A DNA stretch of 64,000 nt from Antedon mediterranea. Taxonomy: Eukaryota; Animalia; Echinodermata. The notes below the pieces were generated by a model, which was not told where the DNA came from, did not search any database, and saw only the letters and a program-made list of their open reading frames with translations. The position numbers and the translations under genes were made by a program. The stretch is taken from NCBI RefSeq assembly GCF_964355755.1, contig NC_092671.1, forward strand, positions 2,418,001-2,482,000. Reading direction: 5' to 3'. Each line of letters begins with the position of its first letter. Positions within the stretch are counted from its first letter, which is position 1. Positions 27,501 through 38,300 of the stretch are shown piece after piece.

Positions 27501-27786
27501 CGCCTAGACCTGGGGAAGCTGGTGTGCACGGTGTTGCTGGAGTTTTTAAATCTGATGCATCAAATGAACCATCATCAACAACTGCAATTAATTGTGTAGT
27601 TGCAACTTCAGTGTCTGTAGTTAAAATATCAGGTGGTGTCCCAGAAAAAACTTGTTCCGACGTTTCTCTAACTCCCTCCTCAACAACTGTAGTTGTTGTA
27701 AAGGCATTCTGTTCACTCGGCAAGTCTTCGGAAATATTTTCGGATTCCTCGATATTTACAGGTACGGAAACTTCCGTCTCTTCCAT
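15584..27786 (-). CDS. DEAF1: Deformed epidermal autoregulatory factor 1 (SAND + coiled coil + MYND), ~450 aa, 7 exons
   Basis: Exons 27786-27393, 25235-25030, 22653-22548, 21047-20899, 18324-18193 (GC donor), 17826-17668, 15790-15584 (1353 nt). SAND domain VLPVRCRN...WYTPSEFE...[12 protein letters not shown]; [15 protein letters not shown]; [15 protein letters not shown] (NLS); WIHLEEMANTLL; [41 protein letters not shown]. Confidence 0.97.
15864..16268. mobile_element. P-element-like non-autonomous transposon (405 bp) in the last DEAF1 intron
   Basis: Perfect 7-bp TSD GTCATAC (15857-15863 and 16269-16275); imperfect TIR CAAAGATAATAAAAGG / CCTATTTATATTCTTTG; internal hairpin at ~15936-15992. 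Confidence 0.75.
19353..19512. mobile_element. Harbinger-type MITE family A
   Basis: TIR AGCTCTGTCTACACTATCAAACT / AGTTTGATAGTGTAGACAGAGCT with TWA flanks. Confidence 0.9.
21095..21255 (-). mobile_element. SINE fragment (CORE-like block)
   Basis: ccaggtactcatttacagctgagtgga resembles the reverse complement of the ccacccaggtgtataaatgggtacc block of the SINE at 59190. Confidence 0.5.
22410..22534. mobile_element. Harbinger-type MITE family A, left-truncated
   Basis: Internal tgtgatgtgcccatat...gatgtcatatcactaccatattt plus right TIR gtgtagatagagct|taa. Confidence 0.8.
22720..23146. repeat. GATGAA/AAAATGTT low-complexity repeat with an internal ~160-bp duplication
   Basis: Repeated gaagaaaatgttgatgaaaatgat units; source of the His/Phe/Ile-rich spurious ORFs. 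Confidence 0.9.
23147..23619. mobile_element. Non-autonomous DNA transposon with 8-bp TSD and GG termini (Merlin- or MuDR-like)
   Basis: TIR GGGTATTGCTAAAC / GTTTAGCAATACCC; TSD CAAAATGT at 23139-23146 and 23620-23627; long internal inverted and direct duplications. Confidence 0.8.
24497..24663. mobile_element. Harbinger-type MITE family A
   Basis: Both TIRs present, TAA on both flanks. Confidence 0.9.
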
Positions 27787-29328
27787 TGTAATTCTTTTTA
27801 CACAAGCCAAAAATTAACGAGTATATATAAAGGTGATTGTTCCACGCTTTGATGAGCTGGGTGGTAGTGAAATTGACTTTATAGCGACTTTTATTTATCT
27901 TGAAAAGTTTCGTATGCTTTGTTCAATCGGCAATGTTCGTCTCCTCCGTCGAAAATCCAAGATGGCTTCGTTTTGCATTCGGAAATGATGGACATGCGTG
28001 GTAACTCCAGTTTATCATTGGACGAAACTATTTAGTTATAGGGAGACTTCGTATTGAAAAAATAAAATGTAATCGCAATTCAGTATAGAAACATCGCATA
28101 CGGCATTTTTATTTAAATAGTTTATAGATACAAATGAACTCTACAAAACCCAACTTGTTATTTCATAAAAGACATCACGCTCACTTTCAGTGCAGTAGCC
28201 TCCTTCAGTATCATATGCATAAATACATTTCTCTGTAGTGTAATTATTCATTCATTCATATTCATTACAAAGTAATATTTTATATTAGATTTAATCCAGG
28301 GAGATGTAATCTCCCTGATTAAATCCAAAGGCAAATTACTGAAAAAATGAGAATGCTGTGGGTATCAGTGGCTAGATCTCAATGGAAATACAAAAAAAAA
28401 AGCGAAAAGCTAAATCAAAACGATAAAGTAAAACAGCCAGAAAAGTTATGAGATTTCAGGCAACACTAGCCCTTCATATCAGTGCAAGTTCATATTATTA
28501 TATTAGATTAGTTAATTGTCTATCTACTGTCATCAATAATCAAAGTTAACCAGGTATTTAATAATTGGGACTATTTATTTTAATTTTTAGTTTTGGAGAT
28601 CCCTCACCACCACATATAAACTAATTATTCATATTTCCACAAATTAGACTTGGTTGAAAGTGCTGCTATTAAAAATACTCTTGAGTAGTTTTAATTAATG
28701 ACGTCATTAAGTACGTCATATATTTTAATGAGGTAAGTAATTTTAGGTATGCATCCTTTCATTATATTAATCAACCGGGCGCAAGGTAAGAGCACAAACC
28801 AGGATGTTGCAGAGATAGTGTTATGAATGACGTCATATCAGTTTCAATATATTGCACTGCCGATGAACTCTTTTGCAATTTGAAAAAACTGTATGATTTT
28901 GAAATGATTTAATAAATATGACGTCATTTAGGTAGGACCATGTTGTGTTAAGTTTCTCTTCTTACACTTTTTATACGATCACATTAATTTATTAATGATA
29001 AAAATTATCATCGACAATTGACGTAATTATAAAGTAATGTTCTATACTTTTAAGTATTTCATTCTACTTGTTTAAACAAGTAGACTTAAGTGCTAGGGGT
29101 AATGATTATAATTTATATTACGATATAAATGAAATGATGATATAGAATATTGGCAATGATATAACTTCAAAATCATGCCGTTGCGATCCCATTATTGTTT
29201 AATGAAATATTTTAAAATAATACCGTACCTCTTTTCATAAATGGAACGTGCTACTACGGTAGTATGCTAAACGAATGTTATGTGTGGAAATCCCCTGTAC
29301 CCTGCCTAACAGAAATGGAGGTTTCGAA
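27787..29328. promoter_or_regulatory. Divergent DEAF1/PATL1 promoter region with a CRE cluster and a TTCG cluster
   Basis: Start codons at 27786 (-) and 29329 (+); TGACGTCA at 28699, 28828 and 28919; YY1-like CAAGATGGC at ~27958; seven TTCG/CGAA in 27909-28051. Confidence 0.6.
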
Positions 29329-32300
29329 ATGACTAACTTTTTTGGGTTTGATACGGCTATGCCTGTAAGTTTCTAGCCATTGTTGCATTCAGTAATAGAT
29401 GCATATTCATATCATTATGAATTATATGTTTTGTCTTAGTTAGAAAGGTGGAAAAATGCTCTTTTAAGTTTTGCCGCTCCATGCATGCATCCACGCTTTT
29501 GCTCACATCAGACTAGGCTAGGCCTAGGCTATAGCTAGCCTAGCTACCTCTCACTGAGGCACTCTGCTCAGAGTGTCCGTGTTATGCTTGTGGCCTGTGT
29601 AGAATGGGCCTAAACAAGCCGTCCTCCTTGTTTAATGCTAGACTATAATTGGCATACTTTATATCCTAGCAAGAAACAATAGAATACATTTGTGTAAATT
29701 TATGTTATGAAAAAATATGTCACAATTTCCTAGTCCCCTTTCTAGCACTTTTTGTTTTTTTTTTAATAATTTTTATTCTTTTAGTTTTACTTTAATTAAG
29801 TAATTGCATAATTTCACGTTATGCACATTTTCAACAAACCAATGCTAAACATTTCAACCCTCTAGCAAAGAATGATATCACAAGAATGAGTAATCCGCGA
29901 TTTTCCCTGTTACAGCAGGCCCGTATCCAGGGGGGGTGCGTTGGGTGCAGACGCACCCCCCCAAGTCCCAAAAGGTCCACTATTTCCTCGGTTGGTATTT
30001 TTTCTTGTCTTGTTTAACTAAAGACAATATCATTATATATATACAAAATTTACATTATCAATGTTATACAAACAAAAATATGCTAATATAAAATGAAAAA
30101 ATACCGGTAATTAAATTACGGAATCTGAACTGACTACAAACTCGATGTAAAACATGCGCAGTCGATCATGTGACGACAAGCAATAGCTTAGCGCTTCATG
30201 TACGCGGTACGCGGTAAAGTGTTTGCTGGAGAAATACAGACAATTTAACGTCAGGGAACACGTGTACTTTTTGTCGGGGAATATAATATACAGTAAAAAG
30301 CGTTCGCGTTCACTTCGTAGCTAGCTTCAGCGCCTAGAAAACCGCGACGTTTCATTGACCGTGAGAGTACGTCAGAGTGATAATATGCACTTTATATGCA
30401 TTCATTATTGCCAGCGATCTAACTTACTACCAAACAATAGCTAGGTACGCACTTGTCTGGCGGTATCCCTTTGTACGAATCGTTCAACGTTGGGTCGAGA
30501 CGCGTGATATCAAGTTTCATCCAGGGACCAAAATGTGTAATGTGTTATTTTCCAGGCGAAGTTTACCGACGGTTACGTCGTGTACTGCGTCGACGTACGC
30601 TACACTACAGCAAAAACGAATTATGTTAATTGTTCGTTTGTTCACCAATTTTTTAATTTACAAGTAACCTTCTGTACCGTGGGGCACCTAAAATAAATTT
30701 TTCATCCATTACTAAACAAAAAAACATGCCATTTTCGCTTAGCCAACATTATAGCTATAGTTATTACATTTTCAATATCCTGTAACTGTATGTCATGAAT
30801 TTCTCACCACTCGGAAGTCCAGATGGTACGCATGCATACACCTGGGAGGAATAAACTTTTTTCCCCGACTGAAAAAGGTCTACGCTTGCGTTTTTAAGCC
30901 TCTAGGCCTGATGTTTCCAAAGTATAAAATGCAATTTTTTGAAGACCTGCAGCTCTAGTTTTAAACATTTTCTTAGCTCAGCCCCAACAATAAAGCTGGT
31001 CATATTTCGAAGAACAAGAAGTACATTTTCCGGGACCTAACATCTCTATTTTTCAAACATTTCTTAGCTCAGTCACAACCCATGATAGGGACTTATATAT
31101 TTTTTTTCATGTTTTGAAGTATAATAAGTCCAATTTCCGGGACCTCCAACTCTATTTTTCAAAATTTTCTTTGAACTTTTATTTTTTAAATTGAAAAATA
31201 TGGATTGAAACCGTCATCGCGCATCGTTTTTTTGCACGCAGTATTTTATTTATGCATTATAAAAAATGGAAAAAATGGCTACCCTAAATCTGATTAAAAA
31301 GACCTCAAATGACGCTAGAACGCGTTGCTTCCGGGGGCTTCGCCCCCTGGACCCCCACCGGGGGCCCTTGGCGGCCCCTGGCCCTCAGCCTAGTGATGCT
31401 CGCTTCGCTCGCATAGCCCCCTCGTCGGGGAATGTAGCCCCCGCGTCGGGAAGATCCTGGCGCCACCCCTGCTGAGTTGGCCTCATCATGAAAGCGTCAA
31501 GTTCTGGTGTCCATCGTTCAACTAGCCCAAGCCACAACAGAGAGTCTTACATCAGTCTTTAGAACGTCAATAACGCTGACCGGGGCCCCTTGGCGGCCCC
31601 CTGGCCCCCAGCCATTGTTGCTCGCTTCGCTCGCACCCCCCCATTATAAATGCTGCATACGGGCCTGTACAGTTAATATTGTCCATGTGGTAGGGCGCCG
31701 CCATAAGTGTGGATGTATCTGGGATGTATACAACTTTTTGTGACGGTTTCACTAATCAAAGGCTGGACCACCGGTAGTATTTTCATGATAAAAAATGTTA
31801 TCAACTACATGCCAACATCATGTTAAATACTATTTGGATATTTAATTGTTCGTTTTATGCAATTTATTTAGTAAAAACTACCGTATAAACAGTTTGCTTT
31901 ATCAACCGGGCGCTACGATAGCGTGACCGGGCGTGTTGGTGTTTACGCGTTTTCACGAAGGATAGTTTAATAATATTCCTATATTTAAACAAATAAATGT
32001 TAATGACATTTAACATTTTGTCCTATTAATAACATGTATTTTATACTAATTTATATCATAAAAACAATACTTAATTTACCGGGCGTAGAGTAGTACACGG
32101 CAATGGTAAAGAATAGGCCGTGTGAGTAACGATTCGTTGATTTTTGGTGTTGCTGTGTTAGGCCTTTTTTGTGAACTAACTTAGCATGATAGTAAATAAT
32201 TGTCTGTAAAAGTGAATGTACACTAGTTTGTTAATTAATATGTATTATAAAATAGTTTACAATTTCAAAAACTATTATCATAATTCTATTTAATGTGACA

Positions 32301-35300
32301 TGTATAATATCTATTAAATCAAGTCTTATTTAGTATGTATACATCCGCCCTTATGAGGGCGGGCATCACTCACTGGAGCTCTCTGTTACAAATTTCTCTT
32401 GCAAAAATCGCGGAATACTCATTCTTGTGATATATTCTTTGCCTCTAGTTAACAGGTTTACATTTTTATGGGATTTAAAGCAATTACGGTACACTGGTAA
32501 TCGTAGGAGGTTGGTTGATGCTTGCTAGTTTTTTGTTGCTATAACGCCCTCTATATTACTTCATTACAAAATACCTGTACCTTGCTGCAATCAGCATTTC
32601 AATGTTAACCAGGTGCGTCATGCTACTCTAGCATCAATTTGGAAGATTTTTGTAATATTCGGGAGATTGGATGAAATGTCGGGGGGCTCCCACAGAAATT
32701 GGGATGGTTGGATTGTCTACAACACACCAAATATAGATGTTATAATGAGACATTGGTAACAGTTTTTGTTTTACTTTAACCCCTTTTTTAGCCTCTGGAG
32801 GAATTTCCAGAAGAGTTAGAGGAAGAAGAATATGATGTATTAAATGATGAGACATTTGGATCTGGAGCCATTGGTATGTTTCAACTTTAAAGATGTATTG
32901 TCCCCCTGAAAAAATAATTGGTGTTGAATAATCCATATTAATGTAACATATGGTAATAGTTATCCACTTTGTCCAAATTGGATCCAAAAAAATGTATTTA
33001 CCTGAAAAAATGTAATTTAAAGCAAAAAATAGGGAAATTGGCTGCCAGCCAATGGATTTTTGGTTGAATTTTACCATTTATTTTTTCATTTTATAAGTGA
33101 AAACTTTTATTTATTTTTTTTTTCTATTGAAGTGATTAACTTGATTAAAACTACAAAATAACATATTCAAAGTCTGATTTAATTAATCTTCATTTTTCAT
33201 GTTTTTGTTCATTTTTAAGAATCAAATGAGAAAATCTAATTTTTTTATCTCACAATATTAAGCAAAAACATTTTCTAGATTTATCTGGTTAAAAAACTCT
33301 TGCCAAATGTACATTAGGAGAGAGCGTTACAGTATGCCTGTAACATCCCAAAATACAGTACTGTACTTAATACCCTGAGGGGTCACTCTTAAACATTTCC
33401 AAACAGAGAGGTGCCACATTTACAGGGTATATTTTTGTGGGCCTGGTAGCACAAATGTGGGAAATAATGGAGTGAAATTAGTAGTTTAAATCCCTGAATA
33501 GTCGCGTGTCCCCCATGAGTGTTCTTTTTTCCACAAAAGAACACTTTTTAAGCTTTGTACACTACAGTTTTAAAATGGCATCTCTTGCCCACCCTATATT
33601 GTATTTTTTAGTAGTACAATAGTGCAGTAGTTTTAATATTATTTCATTTTTTTTTAAATATTCAGATGAATGGAATGCACAAACAGAGAAGGATGCTAAA
33701 TGTAACACATCAAAGGAGATTATTACCAACAAGAAGCAATCGCAGTCTAAAACATCTCCAAATGATTCAGGATTTGCTAGTGCAGAGCAACTGCTTTTCC
33801 AAGAGGCATGTTGTTTCATTTTTTGTCCCTTCTGTCAGTATTTGTCAATTGTACCCCACTCCCAATCTCCTACCCTGTTTTGTATTCTTTCCTCACACAG
33901 TAGTATTAGTGATGTACTCAGAGGTGATAGATTAAGTGAGAGGTGTATAGAACACTGCTGTGTACAACTCATTCTCATGCAGATTCATTCATTCAGTGTA
34001 TAAAAAAGATTTTCATGCTATATTCCCCGATCGCAGGATAAATTGAAACGAAAGACTGAGTGAGGTTATACATCAGACCCCCACAAAGTTCCAAGATCAA
34101 TACCTTGGTGAATGTCATTGGAATCCAGAAAATATAGGCTTTTTGCATTTGATTTCACTCTATAAACTCATGGCTTATGACAAGAAAAGATATTAGTACA
34201 AAATGAAGGGAAACTAAGGCAAAACCGATGACTCTGCTCCTTATGCATTGAGAGTTTGTATTTACTCTGACTTAAAGTCTCTATTGGTCTATGCTATTTC
34301 CTTTCATTTGTATATCAAGGTGTTTGTGTTTTTGGTCTCACCTAAATGAACTTTCAATCAATTTCTCATCTCAACTTTTATTTCATATTTCTTCTGTTTA
34401 GGATGAATTGGAACAAAGTGTTAACCAACTTGTGTTGGATGAGGAGCTGGATGATCCAGCAATAATGAGTTCAGCTCGTAGGAATCCAACTACATCTGTT
34501 GTAAGTTTTTTGATACAAAATGACACTAAGTTTAAATGTAGTATTGATTATGTGCAATCTAAAGCCTTGTCTACACTATCAAACTTTATGTGACAAAAAA
34601 ACTTTTGTTGTCAAACTAGTTTGATAGTGAAGACAGAACTTTAAGTGACAGTCAGTAAAAAAAGAATGATACAATAATATTATTTGAATATGAATAATGG
34701 CTGGTGATACTTTTGAATGCTTTTGAACAAAAAAATATTTTGATATTTAATCCATGTGCCACTAACTGTTCAACGAAAAAGCATTTATTTTTTTCAGTCA
34801 AATCAATTTAAAATTATATTTTTAGCTTGCATTCCTACCTTTAATGTTTAATTTATATACCATTGTTCCTCAATTTCCAGGCATATATCAGAGCCTCCTC
34901 GCCAGCAGCACCATTCAGTGAAGACCTGTTGTCTCCAGCTACTAACATTTGGGGCTCACCAGCAAGAACTAAAGCAACCAAAGAAGATGAGTTGAAAGCC
35001 CTTCTTGGCATTGGTCGAAACATGAATGATGCTCAGCTTCAGGTAATGCCTATGACCTAGGCACATTGTGTTGGTCAATGCTTAAGCTCTGTCTACACTA
35101 TCAAACTTTATATGACAAAAAAATGTGATGTGCCAATATATGGACATGATGATGTCATATCACTACCATATTTGGGCACATCACACTTTTTTTTGTCAAG
35201 CTAGTTTGATAGTGTAGACGGAGAGCTAGAATTCACTAAACTTGTGTTGAGAAATTTAGTAAGGAAGCACATCCCAATGTCCCTGCATACTGTATATGCA

Positions 35301-38300
35301 ATCAATTAAAATTCTACTGTAAGTAATTAGTAAAGCTGTGTTTGCTCACACAAGACACAAGACTCACTGCCTTTAAACATTCAATCAGGTATACTGGTCC
35401 CATGAATTGGAATAAAATTCCTCTACAAATTAAACATTTGGCTACTATATTTTTATTTAATAAAACATTAAAATCTTTCCTTATTTCTAAATATTAATGT
35501 TTCCCCCTGGCGATGTGTGTTCTGTATGTAAAATGTCTGTTTGTTTTGTGATTCGTGTCCTGTAAGTTTTTTCTGTTTGTGTTCTGTCTAACTTATTTAT
35601 TACTTCATTGTGTAGGCTTCCAGCCCACATCACAGGATGTGATTGTCTAACTTATTTATTACTTCATTGTGTAGGCTTCCAGCCCACATCACAGGATGTG
35701 ATTGTCTAACTTATTTATTACTTCATTGTGTAGGCTTCCAGCCCACATCACAGGATGTGATTGTCTAACTTATTTATTACTTCATTGTGTAGGCTTCCAG
35801 CCCACATCACAGGATGTGATTGTCTAACTTATTTATTACTTCATTGTGTAGGCTTCCAGCCCACATCACAGGATGTGATTGTCTAACTTATTTATTACTT
35901 CATTGTGTAGGCTTCCAGCCCACATCACAGGATGTGATTGTCTAACTTATTTATTACTTCATTGTGTAGGCTTCCAGCCCACATCACAGGATGTGATTAT
36001 CTAACTTATTTATTACTTCATTGTGTAGGCTTCCAGCCCACATCACAGGATGTGATTGTCTAACTTACTCATTACTTCATTGTGTAGGCTTCCAGCCCAC
36101 ATCACAGGATGTGATTGACATCTTTCTTTCTAAATGTTGCTGTTCTTTTTATATAAGGTTTATTTGATGTTATCAGTATACAAAAAAAAATTTAAAAAAA
36201 AGGAAAAAGGAAGTGAATATTAGTTTATAATTTATTGGCTATATATATATATATGTATATTTATGAAATGTATTATTTGAAATTTGTACTTTCTTTATTA
36301 ATACCTTATTCATTTGTTCTATTGTTATTGATTAAGTGAAGTGAAAATAGTCTATATAGGCTATACATATATATATATATTCTTTTATGAAATGTATTAT
36401 TTGAAATTTGTACTTTCTTTTTTTATACCTTATTCATTTGTTTTATTGTTACTGATTGAAAGAAAGAAAATAAATGTTTACGTTGAATTGAATTGAATTT
36501 GCTACTACTACTACTCTTCTGAAATATGCCAAACTGCCCTTTAGGAGTCGTTAGTGCTTTTATTTATTTTCATGCTAAACTAATAAATGTTCATAGGATT
36601 CTGCCATTATGTCCGCCATACCGTCCAGACAAAAGCAGATAGTAACAGCGGAAGAACTTGAAAAAGATTTGCGTAGTAGAGCGCCCCCAGCAAGATCAAT
36701 CTCGCCTGTGATTGGTTCTCCACCCGCATCGTCCATGATGCCTATTGGCACGCCACCAAGACATCACTATATGCAGATGTCGCCTGCTCCAGTAATGCCT
36801 GTACACGTGAGTTTAAAACTAAACTAACTAAATTTTAACCGAAAAGAATATTCTGTGATGTATCTATAGTGTATAAAAGTATTGGTTGAGTTGAGGGATA
36901 TGGTTAAGATTATAGCCTTACGCTCTGTATACAATTTTATGCGACAAAAAAATGTGATGTGCCCATATATGGACATGATGATGTCATATCACTACCATAT
37001 TTGGGCACATCACACTTTTTGTTGTCAAATTGATATTGTAGACAGAGCTTAAGTGGATCTGGTAAAGTAATTGTATTATTATTTGTGTGTCAGGTTAGAA
37101 ATGTCGTTTGGTGAACTTAGGTTTGTTAAATTTGTGACATATAAGCAGACATAACTTTACATTAGTCAATGGAACCATTTGTCAAAAAATAAAATTATGC
37201 AATTTTTCCCTAATTTATGATTTGTATTATTTTTGTTTTCACAGACTCCACCTCAAATGTTACCCTCACCTATGCAACAAAATTTTCACCAGTTAACGCA
37301 ACAAATCCTTCAGAAGACCGGTGGTAACGGTAACCCCCAACAGATCAACCACATGATTCATAATATGTACCGCAACAGTGGCCGTGTGTCGCCTACCCCG
37401 ATAGTGAACGCTATACTCGCCAGCTTAGCTCAAGGGCAAATGAGTCCTAGGCCGGGCTTTACTAGGTCCCCCTACCATCACTTGCAGCAACAGGCTAGAT
37501 TTGCCTCATCCCCTATGAGTATGCCTGGTAGAGGTGGTTCTACACATCATCAACACAGTGGCATGATGGGAAGCCCGCGTCAACATAGTCCTCATCAGCA
37601 TAATGCATTTAGGTTAGTATAGTACATATTTCTTTTAAAATCATTTCAGCTACAAAATATTTGGATGCCTTAACAATATTACATTAGGCATATTTGACTG
37701 GACTGTTTTGAGCAGATTATAATCAGATCTAGCTGTTTATATGTGGTAGGAGTTCTCACTGTGATGTGTTTACGAGTAACCAATCGAATATGCCTATTGC
37801 ATTTACTGAACAAGAATACCAACATATTTCTTTCAACCCATTTCAGCTACAAAATATTTTGATGCTTTAACAATATTACAGTAGGCATATTTGACTGGGC
37901 TGTTTTAAGCAGATAATCAACAGATTTAGCTCCTCAACTTTGCGCTGTTTATATGACCAATCAAAAATATTGCTTATTGTATTTACTAAACAAGATTAAT
38001 AACATTTTTCAAAAATTAAATATTGTTCATATTGCAGGCATGGTAGTGGTGACGGATATAACAGAAATTATAATCAGCAAAACTTCCGATCTCCGAACCA
38101 GTATGGACAATTGTAAGTCATATGCCTGTAGCTTGGTAGTTAACATGTTTGCCTTCCAATCCCAAGGTCCAGGGTTCAATCCTGATCTAGTGCAAGGGTT
38201 GTAACTCGCGTCTCTTTCAACTCCACTCCCTAAGCCTTAAAGTAGACTAAGTTTATAAGCACGATAAATTATAAAGTAATTTATCATTCAATTCTGTATG

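Noticed and set aside
27431-27817. 128-aa plus-strand ORF
   Set aside because: Antisense shadow of DEAF1 exon 1
32634-33077. 147-aa minus-strand ORF
   Set aside because: Antisense to PATL1 exon 2 plus repeat-derived sequence; no motif
35585-36116. CRISPR-like regular array (also 44353-44518, 48447-48948, 54265-54500)
   Set aside because: Units are identical end to end with no unique spacers; no cas genes; eukaryotic context
38124-38200. tRNA gene
   Set aside because: Acceptor and T stems do not pair; SINE head
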